Positions 52,946 through 64,000 of a stretch of DNA of 64,000 nt are shown here, in pieces. Source of the DNA: Chrysomallon squamiferum (Eukaryota; Animalia; Mollusca); the NCBI GenBank assembly GCA_012295275.1, contig CM022668.1:7440001-7504000 (forward strand), read 5' to 3'. The first letter of the stretch is position 1; every line of letters begins with the position of its first letter. The notes below the pieces were generated by a model. The model was not told where the DNA came from. It was given only the letters and a program-made list of their open reading frames with translations, and searched no databases. A program made the position numbers and the translations under genes.

Positions 52946-53071
52946 CTGCCTGAAGATTTCCTCCAGTAACTGAGCTGTCCATCGTTTGTGGAGGTCCCAG
53001 TCTACCATAATTATTTGACTGATACAACCAGCACAGTGCAGCACTAATGACACTGCCTTGACTTGTCAATA
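52946..53071 (-). CDS. PDE1: PDE1 exon, corrupted (IDK/KAVSLVLHCA-[GCISQIIMV]-DWDLHKRWTAQLLEEIFRQ)
   Basis: ttgcAG acceptor, CAG|GTCAGT donor; 1-nt frameshift near 53060 and the conserved DISHP motif is replaced. Confidence 0.85.
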
Positions 53072-53473
53072 CTGCAACAGACATGGAATGCTATTATAGC
53101 AACTACAGCAACAACAATGACAATGATAACAAAAATAATAATAATAAAAATAAATTAACAATAATAAATAATAACATATATAATAATAATAATACACTAA
53201 ACAAATAATAATAATAATGATGAAAATGATAATATCAAAAACAATAGTTAAACAATAATAATTATAATAATAACAGTAACAACCACAATGATAATAACTA
53301 TAGAAATAAATAAATAAATACCAACAATAACTACTTTCTGAAAGGACTTTTTGAAGAAAAAAAACAACAATGACCAAAAATAATAATTAAAAAAAAATTT
53401 AAAATAATAAAGTAAAATAAATAAACAAATAAATAATATATATATATCTGAATGTGTTTGTGCACATACTTAC

Positions 53474-53575
53474 TTCTCAGGCATACTAAGTAGATTCTTC
53501 ATGTTCTTAATTTGTTGAAAGTGAAAAGACATGTCAGTGGCCAGCACCATGTCTATGACCAGTGAACGAAAGTCT
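53474..53575 (-). CDS. PDE1: PDE1 exon (DFRSLVIDMVLATDMSFHFQQIKNMKNLLSMPE)
   Basis: acAG acceptor, GTAAGT donor, 102 nt. Confidence 0.96.
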
Positions 53576-54016
53576 CTGTGAAATACACAAATATATTACA
53601 CACACACATACATATATATAAATTAAACATATACAAATAATATTTTATATATAAATTATTTGTTCTCAGCACTTTTAACTAGCAGCTAATATTATTATTA
53701 TACAGATTTATAATTTGTTGCTATATTTTATGTAACAATTTTTCAAGTTTTGATAATGTAAAAATACAATGTGGATTAAAAGATTTTTGAACATTTTTTA
53801 AAGCACTGATGTCTTCATTATTATTATTATTAAAATACATTCCAGATTTTACACAGATATATTAATACTATAAATATTTTTATTATTATTATATTACAAC
53901 TGCCACTACTACAGATACAATTTTTATTATTGTTATTGCATTATTATAAGAATAATTATAATAATCATTCATCATTATTTTTTTTTTTTTAAATTTATTT
54001 ACATATTTATTTATTA

Positions 54017-54055
<39 letters not shown>

Positions 54056-54074
54056 TTGTTGTTGTTGTTGTTGG

Positions 54075-54108
<34 letters not shown>

Positions 54109-54114
54109 ACTTAC

Positions 54115-54240
54115 CGGTATTCTTCTTTACTGAGGTTAGATAAAATGCCGTATTCCTCTTCTTTCATCAGTCTGAATGCTGCACTGAGATGGTGATTTTC
54201 CAACACTGCGCGGTCGTTGTATAGAAGAGCAACATCAGAC
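54115..54240 (-). CDS. PDE1: PDE1 exon (SDVALLYNDRAVLENHHLSAAFRLMKEEEYGILSNLSKEEYR)
   Basis: tcAG acceptor, GTAAGT donor, 126 nt, phase 2 to 2. Confidence 0.96.
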
Positions 54241-54529
54241 CTGACACACAACAAACAACATTAGTCACCCACAGACAGCCAGACATTCTGACAGACAGAC
54301 AGACATTCTGACAGACAGACCAAAATAATAGGTACAGTAGTCAAAAGGAAAATCAGATTGACAGAAAGATAGGAAGAAAGACAGATCATCAGGCAGACAG
54401 ACAGACAGACAGACCTGTTATTTATATTTGAGTTGATTAGGGACATCCCATGTTGATATTTAAATTTAAACTCTCCTTGTAACTGATATTTCACTTTACA
54501 TGGAAACTGCATTGAATTTAGAATTTCAG

Positions 54530-54930
54530 CTCACCTTGTGTAGATAAATGAGTTTCATCTCACCTTGATATTTGAGACTAGACTCACATTGTATTGATTA
54601 TAAAGGTTCATACTATTGATATATAAGACTAGACTAGACCCTGTATTGATTATAAAGATTCACACTATTGATATAAAAGACTAGACTCACATTGTATTGA
54701 TTATAAAGATTCATACTGTTGATATAAAAGACAAGACTCACCTTGTATTGATATAAAAATTCACACAATTGATATATAAGACTAGACTCACCTTGTATTG
54801 ATATAAAGATTCACACTATTGATATATAAGACAAGACTCACACAATTGATATATAAGACTAGACTCACCCTGTATTGATATAAAGATTCACACAATTGAT
54901 ATATAAGACTAGACTCACCCTGTATTGATG
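54530..54930 (-). repeat. About 50-bp tandem repeat containing PDE1 exon end plus donor, about 8 copies
   Basis: + strand unit ctcaccctgtattgatataaagattcacacaattgatatataagactaga, i.e. ATCAATACAGG|GTGAGTCT on -. Confidence 0.93.
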
Positions 54931-55019
54931 TGGAAGTTGTTAGTGGTTCCAGTGTGTTCGTAGTCATGTATCAATGCTGCCACTATAGTTGCAAACACTT
55001 CTAAGTCAGTCAACCAGTG
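54919..55019 (-). CDS. PDE1: PDE1 exon (HWLTDLEVFATIVAALIHDYEHTGTTNNFHINTG)
   Basis: tttAG acceptor, GTGAGT donor; HDxxHxGxxN PDEase signature. Confidence 0.97.
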
Positions 55020-55659
55020 CTAAAGAAAAAAATCATTATCCTTTTGATGTCATTGGCAAGATAAATTGACATATAATGTCCTTGTTTAGTTAAGCCCTAA
55101 TATAATTTCCCCCCAAATATCTGACACTGGGAAATATATGTTGTGCCAAAAATTGGCAGTCAAGGGGTTAAACTAACAGTTAGAATATCCTGATACAAAA
55201 AGAAATGAAAGAGATGTAATGAACCTCACAGTACATACCATATTTTAATTACTGGACTTCAGGTATAAATGTAATACATTTTTATTAATACAGTTTTAAT
55301 CAGTTTTGTCAAAAGATTTTCTTTTTAAATCAAATTATTTTTGTTAATAAATAATATAATAATTCTGATGATATATAGGTAAACATGAGTAAAACTCCAA
55401 TGAAGCTGTAACTTAAAAACTATAACTAAAATGTTGTATTCATCATTAAAGTGTGATATCTTAAAATGGCAACTTAAAGTAATAATATTTAATCATAATC
55501 TCATAATTTAAAGGAAACCATAATTATAAGTATGTTAATATGTAGATAACCATAAGTAAAAGGTGATAACAAAAAGGTAACCATATATAAACAGCGATAA
55601 AGTATATATAATATAAACAAAAGGTAATATTTCATATATAAACATAAATGTAAAAAATT

Positions 55660-56032
55660 ATAACTTACAGTTAAACATTATTAAAAATTAATAACATATC
55701 AGTAAACATAATTAAAAACTGATAACTTACAGACAAACATAATCGAAAATTTATATCTTACAGTCAGATATTAAAAACTGATATCTTACAAGCAAACATT
55801 ATTAAAAACTGATAACTTACAGGCAAATATTATTAAAAACTGATATGTTACAGATAAACATTACTAAAAACTGATAAATTACAGATAAACATTATTAAAA
55901 ACTGGTAACTTCCAGGTAAATATTATTAAAAACTGATAACTTACAGATAAACATTATTACAAATTGATAATGTACAAGTAAATATTATTAAAAACTGATA
56001 TCTTACAGGCAAACATTATTAAAAACTTACAG
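55660..56032 (-). repeat. About 31-bp tandem repeat containing a PDE1 donor, about 12 copies
   Basis: + strand unit aaacattattaaaaactgataacttacag, i.e. CT|GTAAGTT on -. Confidence 0.92.
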
Positions 56033-56287
56033 CCAGCTTGCTCTGTGAGAGGACAAAGTGAACCGTCTGAGCAATGTCGGCCCCATGACAGAGGTTGTGG
56101 TAGGGGTTCTTGTATTTACTGTATCCTGTCTCTATGGCGAAGAGGAAACTCTCCAGCACAGTGGAGTTGATTTTGAACTTGGTAATGATTCCGTACTTTT
56201 GCAAGAGTTCGTAGCCGACAAACTTTAAGCGTGCCCATCAGAAGCTTCGTTCACAGAGAAAACATCGAAGGACCAGTCATCGAGATT
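56031..56287 (-). CDS. PDE1: PDE1 exon (NLDDWSFDVF...NPYHNLCHGADIAQTVH...KLA) with a 1-nt frameshift near 56228
   Basis: tttcAG acceptor, GTAAGT donor; 257 nt where 258 are needed; PDE1 similarity switches frame at GHA/LKFV. Confidence 0.92.
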
Positions 56288-57011
56288 CTGAAACAGAGTT
56301 TATATGTCACAGTGTTGTGTGGAATGTTTGTTTGTGTGAGATAGTGTTAATGTAAGTCACTGTTATTTGGAAAAAATAAAAAAATTTGTGATGTTTTTTG
56401 TTGTTTAGTTGGTGTATTCGTGTGAGATGGTATTAATGTATGTGTGTGTGTTAGTTGTTTTGATGTTGTGTTTAAGTATTGATTTGTTTGTTTTTGTTAT
56501 TATTATTATATTTTATAATTTATTTATTAATTTATTTAATTAAATTTAAATGAATGATTGTGTTTATTTAATCTTTTGTATATTTATTTATTTGTTTTTA
56601 TTATTTTTATTTTATTTTATTATTTATTTATTCATTTATTTAATTAAATATAAATAAATGAATGTATTAATTTAATATTTTGTATATTTATTTACTTTAT
56701 TATTTATTTATTTACTTTATTATTTATATATTTACTTTATTATTTATTTATATATTTAGTCATTTAGTCATTTATTTTATGAATTTATTTGTTTATTCAT
56801 TCATTCAGTCATCATTTTTGTTTATGCATCTCTGTGTATAATGCATAATGTTTATACATGTTTATACAAATGTACTTATGTTTGAACATTTCTAAAATAT
56901 CTGGTGAAAGGAATTAATGAAAAAAAAAGATTTGCTGCTTTTTAACAGTATTAAAAACAAAAATTAACACCCATACACACACACAGACACACTCACATAC
57001 ACAGACACACA

Positions 57012-57050
<39 letters not shown>

Positions 57051-57053
57051 ACA

Positions 57054-57099
<46 letters not shown>

Positions 57100-57104
57100 C
57101 TTAC

Positions 57105-57171
57105 TTTTAATAACATTAAGACATGTGGAGGTACATGAATTCCAGCTGAACTGGACAGTCTTCGGTAGATT
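57105..57171 (-). CDS. PDE1: PDE1 exon (IYRRLSSSAGIHVPPHVLMLLK)
   Basis: tttcAG acceptor, GTAAGT donor, 67 nt, phase 2 to 0. Confidence 0.92.
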
Positions 57172-57679
57172 CTGAAAATGAAAATATTAACACTCTTGTA
57201 AATAATACACAGATTATATCCCTTTTTATTTTATATGCCCTTTGATTTTGTTTCCATAACTTAATTAAATTAAACTAGGTAAATTATTTTCATTATGTAA
57301 CATACTGCCATGTTTATAACATCAATATTGCAAAAATATCAATAGTGAAGGTGTTTGAAAGTTGTTTCCCCTACTCTAAGAAAGCCATAAAATAAAGAAA
57401 TATTTTCATTAAAATAATATCATTGTAATTTATAATTTTAAATCCTGTTCCACATTTCATTTAATAATGTTTAATATTTACTTACTAAAACAACCTTAAA
57501 CTAATGAGAAATATTTTCACTTTATTTTTTGCTCCTTTTTTTTCACTTCTTACAGACAACATAAAATAATATACCTCAAATATCAAAATGTTAATTCATA
57601 TTATTCATTATTATTACATTATTCAATTTTATTTTCTTACATAAAAGAGTTCCATTTTAAATTATCTCCCTTTACTGAC

Positions 57680-57862
57680 CTGTCTACCATTATTCCAGCA
57701 CGTATTGCATGAGCAACACTTCTAAACTTGGGTTTGTCATCTCCCTTCCGTTTCATGTTGCTCATTGACCTTGTAAAGGTCAAGGCCAACCAGTCTCTGA
57801 CCTCACTGGGGACTGCATCTGGTTCCACTTCGCTCAGTTCATCATCTTCATCACACAGACGC
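57680..57862 (-). CDS. PDE1: PDE1 exon: inhibitory segment and CaM-binding region (RLCDEDDELSEVEPDAVPSEVRDWL...GIMVDR)
   Basis: tgtAG acceptor, AG|GTCAGT donor, 183 nt, phase 2 to 2. Confidence 0.95.
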
Positions 57863-59487
57863 CTACAACAACAACAAGAGCAAGTTGTTTCATATTTTTT
57901 AAATTTTAAACATTTAAAATTTGTTATGACTTTTTTTTTTCATCCTCAAGATGATGCAAATGAAAGAAAAAGAATAAAAGTTAGAGAAAAGAATTTGTTA
58001 ATGACATAATATGACATAAAAAAACAAGATGTCTTCCAAGTTTTCTGTAACAATCTTAAAAAGAATAGCTTCTCATCAACTGATTTAATTTTTTGATATG
58101 TTAATAATAATAATAATAATACTCTTTTAAATTATGGACAGAAAACTGAACAAATATCGTTCTCTTTCTAAATAAATTTAATTTTATATAGATATTCAAG
58201 CAAATACATTTTCTAAATAACCAGTGTTATTTTGTTTAACAACCAATAAAATAAATAAATAAATAAACATATCTTTTCTTAAAAATATGATATTTAATTT
58301 GTTTTTAAAATACAAAATTTAAAGGCAATACATTGTTTAAAAACTGATTAATTTAAATTAATTTAAATAATATGAGATCTTATTGTTTTTATTTATTACT
58401 TAAAGGAGAACAAAAAATTTCCTTTTTCTTTATGTAAATTAACTAGTGAAAAAACTATTATGTGCCAAACTCCATGGTTTCTGTTGAAAATTAAAAATTG
58501 AAACAGACAGTTTACACAACCTGAAAACATATTAAAGCTTCTTTTTAGACAGTATTCCAATATGTTTAGATTGGGAAAAAATGTTTTTATCATCAAGATT
58601 ATTAACAAAGAGAGAAACAGGAAAAATTAGAATATGACATTAAAAAATGAAATAAAGTAAATCAGTAATAATAATAATAATAATAAATAAGTAAATAAAT
58701 AAATAAATAAATAAATGATGTTTATATAATTCATGGCACAGATTAAGAATTTTATGTTGCTTTTAAACAATGTCCTCATTTTTGTATCGTTTCTTTTTCA
58801 TAATTAACAGAAACAGTTTTACAAACACAATCATTTACAAATCCATAAACTCAAGCGAGAGAATGGTTTGATTAAAATATCTAGACACTTGATATCAGTA
58901 CGTATGTGTGAAAGAGTGAGATGTCTTATTCATAAATATTACAAATACATGAAAATTTACATTAAAAATGTGAAAGAGGACAGTATTGGAATGGGAAAAA
59001 CAAACATAACAAAACACTGTTGTGCAACAATCAAAATAGTGATGTATATATATATTTAAAAAAAGAAATTACTACATTATATAAATGTTTGAATATAAAA
59101 GTTGATTGTTTCCATACTTATTGCACTAATTTACATAATTTTGAAAAAAAAAAATTAAAATTAAAGAAATAACATGCATTTTAACATTCTGAAAAATAAA
59201 AAAAATTTAAATTTTATAAATAATAAAATAAAAAAGTAGAAGAAAATTTATCTGTGGTATGAGACCACTTTAGAAATCACATTGCAGCTGATTCTAATTC
59301 TGACTGGTAATTGTGTGAAATAACAAAAATATAAAATAGAGAAATAAATTATTTTCATAACAAATTTAAATAAATAAATAAATAAAATATTAAAACTACC
59401 CATATAAACCATAATAAAGTTTTGGTGTTAATAAAATTGATTTTAAGAAATACTATAATAATAATAAAAAAATAAATAAATAATAAT

Positions 59488-59544
<57 letters not shown>

Positions 59545-59597
59545 GAACTATCCAACCAACAGTATTTCTTAAAAATAATTTTAATAAAATAAAAAAC

Positions 59598-59644
<47 letters not shown>

Positions 59645-60689
59645 AAGAGAGTTACTTCCCTTTTTTCACCATTGACAGTGTGTGTCTGCTCTGCAGAATT
59701 CTGTTTATCACTAAAGACAGCAACAACACAAACACATTTTATCACTTTATCTGTGTTTCTGTTATTTTGGTTATCACATACACTTAAGTATTTAAATTTA
59801 GTGATATAAAATTAATTTGTCCATGTAAATTTAAATACTATTATATGTAAAATTAACTTAAAAGAATATTATTTTGATTAGAAATTAAAATAATGTAATT
59901 TACATTATTTGTACAAATTTACTTATTATTTCTTTTTATAATCTATGTACATATACATAATACAGTTTAAAAAAAAAAAATTAATATTGTTTCATTATTA
60001 AATTTGTCAAAAAGATTTTAATTTTGTAATAGGAATTTGTAATATTTTAACATTAACATAAATATATTTTTAATAATTATTATTAATGTTAATTTTTAAT
60101 AATCATTGTTATTAGTTTTGTTTGTGTTAAGTTGTTAGCAGTGCAGTTTGTAAACTTGAGTTAATTTTAAAAAGTAAGTTTGAAAATTCAACAACAAAAA
60201 AAATTGTGCTATATTATACTGTTACTTAAACTGTGGATTAATTAATTAGCAATTAATGTATGCAAATAATTCTAAACAAGCAGTGTCAAAAAACCACTAA
60301 TTAATTTTTAATTATCTTTTCTAGTTATTAAAGCTTAAGCATTATTTCTAAAATATAAATTCTAAGAAAGTGGGAAAGTTTTAAGGGAATTTAAATCTCA
60401 GAATTTGGGAAAAGTATTTTTAAAAGGCATTAAAATTAGCATAAAAATTAGTACTCTACAAAATATATTTTGAAAATGGAATGGTTTTAGTAATTTGTTT
60501 AAGCTTAAAAGTGCTATAGACTACAACAACAATTCTAAGAAAATGGGAATGTTTTTTTAAAATTGGACTTAGGCTTAAACATTTAAGTATTCATTTAAAC
60601 AAATCTCAAAAGCATTATATTAAAAAAATTGGAAAATATTTTATGTAATTATTTTAAGCTGATAATTATAAAGAAAACTATTATAATTA

Positions 60690-60734
<45 letters not shown>

Positions 60735-61325
60735 GTTATTTGAAAAATTAATCAAAAAATTTTACAAGTCATATAAAAATTTGGAATAAAACTTCTAAAC
60801 ATTTACACAAAAATCATGGAGAGATGCTTAAGGAATAAATTTAAGCCAACTGGTTAAAGCTTAATGAGTTTTCTAAGAAGCTGGAAAAAGTTTTAGTGAA
60901 ATATCTATCCTGGACACTAAAATAAAATAAGATAATGAAAGCTATCCATAAAATAATAATAAAAAAGCTGTCCTTTTCTGAAATTCCTTGGAATAAAAAT
61001 GAAATTAAATACTTATCCTGGAGAAATAATTCATACAGAGAGATAAATTAAATTAAAAAGGTAAATAAAATATCAAATTAATTCAAACAGAATGGGTAAC
61101 TTTATATTGCTGATAAATAATAAAAACATATAGTAAAAGGGAATTGGAAATTAATGTTGTTTTTGTTTTTTTACCTAAAGTTATTATTTGTTCTGAAATA
61201 TAAAATTGAATGAGAAATTAGAGAATTAAAAAGTAATTCTTGTTTTTGTACGTGTAAGCACATAATTTTAAGTTTTGTAGGCCTATATACAGTTTATGTG
61301 TTTGTACAAATGCTTCAACATATGT

Positions 61326-61380
<55 letters not shown>

Positions 61381-61463
61381 TAATTTTTATTACTAATATT
61401 ATTATTATATTTGTTAAATTTTATTATTATTCATTATTATTATTATTATAATTATAATTATTA

Positions 61464-61495
<32 letters not shown>

Positions 61496-63014
61496 ATTAT
61501 TATTATTATGATTATTATTATTATTATTATTATTACCATTTTTTTAATGAATAATCTGGGAGCAATTTTAAATAAAATATGATGAGATGAGTTTTACTTA
61601 TAGGAAAGTTTGTTAATGATTTATTATTATTAATTCATAAAACTAAATTTATTCTTTTTAATTCACAAACTAAATTTATTCTTTTTAATTCACAAAACAA
61701 ACTATTCTTTTTACTTCATCATTATTCATCTTAATCAGCATTTTAAATAATCATTTCAAGAGATTATTTTTATTTTCCACATCAAAATTATTTTGGAAAA
61801 TAATCTTGAAAAAGATGTGACACTCTTTTTTGTTACATGATTTTCTGGTGCAGGAATGTTTTACATCTTAACCTTGACATAGCATGACCACGAACTTGAC
61901 CTTTGACAGATGACCTTTAGGGTCATTTGGGTTAATGTTTGTTGAATCTGATTGGTTTGTCCTTTCTGATAATGCCCTAGTTCATATGATTTAAAATAAA
62001 AAATAAATAAAAAATAAATAAATAAAACATTAAAGAAATTAATTAATTCATTAAAAATAATAATAATATTAATAATAAAATTATAGAATATTATAAATAA
62101 TAAAAATAAAACTTTTTAAAAATTAAATTTTGAAAACACACATGATGCATTGTTAATGAAAACACACAAACACAAAATGAAATATGATGCAACAAAAATA
62201 CAAATTTTTATCAAAGTTAAATTATGAGAATTTAGATTTATCAGTGCGGACACACAAAACAGACACACAGACATTGGATGCTGTTTGTTTGACAATATGG
62301 TGTTGGTTATAATATTACATTATGCTGAAGAAATAAAAACAAAAACAAATGGTTAGTAACATTTTAGTAAGGTTTTCTAAAATTTCAAATAATTCCTAAA
62401 TAGGTGACTGTTAGTGCTTAAGTATTAATTATCATGCCCTGGCAAAACTCTACAGTAAACTGAATATCAAAGTCCATAAAGACTGAGTATAATTCTTATT
62501 AGTATCAAAGTCCTGAAAATAATGTTGAAAAATAGTTTTTAAAAATTTTAAAAACACAAAAAAACGAAGAATAATTTAACTTATGTAATCAAATGACAAT
62601 TTCTAATTATTTTAAGTCAAATTTTAATTTGAAATTAATACAATAGACACAAAAAAGAAAAAAGTTGAATGCTTAAAATTTTAAGATATAGGTCACAGAA
62701 TATAAATAATAATTGTAATAATAATCATAATATTTTTAAAAAACAATAATAAAAAAGTTATAAATAAATAAATAAAATTTAAAAAATAATTAATAATGAT
62801 TTTTTGTATAATTTTTTATACATTTATTATTTTTTTTTTTTATTTTTTATTATTATTATTATTTTTTTAAATATTTTTAGAATAACTTTTTCTGGAGCAA
62901 CAATTTTTAGAATAACGTTTGATACACAGTCTACTGAGGGTCCAGGTTAATTTAGTTTGCTGTGCACAGTGCTCTAATGAGTGCAGTGGATGGGTGGGTC
63001 GTCACACAACATAC

Positions 63015-63032
63015 CTCTCCACGGAAGAAGGC
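63015..63032 (-). CDS. PDE1: Candidate 18-nt cassette microexon of PDE1 (PSSVER)
   Basis: cttacccacctttcAG|GCCTTCTTCCGTGGAGAG|GTATGT on -; symmetric phase 2, matching the phase-2 start of exon 57862. Confidence 0.65.
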
Positions 63033-63491
63033 CTGAAAGGTGGGTAAGAAGACAAACAGAGGTCAAAGGTCAAGAAAACAGTTTTTTTGAGAAGACACAA
63101 ATAGGAGAAAAACATACATGGCATCAGACATGAAACAGTCTAGAATTGTTCATTTTAAAAAAAAGACAAAACACAGTCTAGTTTCATGATAAGACAATAA
63201 AATATTAAATTACACAGAATAATAATTTAGGAATGTTTACACAACACAATTTTCTTTTATTCCTTTACCTCTGGGGAGGGTTGAACACATAAATAACAGC
63301 CCCACCCCAGGAACTTCCCTGGGTTAAACAGATTACAAAAAATTTAAAATGGTAAATTTTAAGCAGTGTTCATACTGTGCAACTTTTAGTGATATCTTTT
63401 AAAATATTAAAATTATAAAAACCAGTGTTACTTTAAATTATTTTGAAATACAACTACAGTAATTTCCAAAATAATTATTTCTTAATTTCAG

Positions 63492-63559
<68 letters not shown>

Positions 63560-64000
63560 TATATTAATGTTTAACTATTTTTTGTTCTATAAGTTGGACA
63601 GTGTGAACATGCCTTTATTAATTTATTTGGAATGTGGAAGAGGGAAATACCAGATTTTTACTGATAAAAATATTAAAAACAAATATATTTAATATATAAT
63701 AATTACAAATATTTAAGCTGTTCACATTCAGGAGACATTTAAACATTTAACACAAAAGGTAATAATTTGAAGGAAACATTTAAAAATAATGACTTCTTTA
63801 AACATTTAAGACAAATGATGAAATTACTGTGAAACTAAAAATATAGAACAATTATTCCATTTTCATATGAACACTGATGATAAACACAAACAAACAATTT
63901 ATATTAACATACACATCTTTAAACAGTATTTTTAATGAAAATCATGTATTATAAATGTAGTTTTTAAAATGGTAAAAGCTATTTTTTTCAATATTATTTC

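Larger units (their letters stand above)
32827..63032 (-). other. PDE1: Multi-exon gene (5'-partial): Ca2+/calmodulin-dependent 3',5'-cyclic nucleotide phosphodiesterase 1
   Basis: PDE1 N-terminal motifs (VPSEVRDWLALTFT; KPKFRSVAHAIRAGIMVDRIYRR) and catalytic motifs (NPYHN, IHDYEHTGTTNNFH, YNDRAVLENHH, VLATDMS, QGDRE..LGLPFSPLCDR, SQIGFIDFIV). Confidence 0.97.

Noticed and set aside
52946-56287. PDE1 as a pseudogene or a programmed frameshift
   Set aside because: Other exons and splice sites are intact, there is no slippery heptamer at either lesion, and one lesion copies adjacent repeat sequence, so assembly error is more parsimonious.

Overview
AT-rich, microsatellite-dense animal genomic DNA (mollusc-like, plausibly an octopod cephalopod; the taxon is inference only) holding the 3' parts of two convergent multi-exon genes. 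On + (1099-26989) are at least 16 phase-consistent coding exons of a MyRIP/melanophilin-like Rab27-effector protein that also carries two tandem I-set Ig domains; its N-terminus lies upstream of the window. On - (about 63032 down to about 32827) is a Ca2+/calmodulin-dependent phosphodiesterase PDE1, 5'-truncated, with two frame-breaking lesions that are probably assembly errors and up to four candidate alternative C-termini. The most notable unexplained structure is at the splicing level. (i) Several introns of both genes open with tandem arrays built from their own exon end and 5' splice site, giving up to about 12 decoy donors; one array is full of U1-5'-end mimics and one has lost every copied GT. 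(ii) There are five candidate 15-27 nt microexons, one of which would create a stop codon at the splice junction and a PDZ-type -SDL terminus on PDE1. A mariner-type MITE and a TTAA-flanked piggyBac-like mini-element are also present. Most entries in the ORF track are microsatellite artefacts. All exon calls were made by eye from splice signals and frame continuity, without transcript data.
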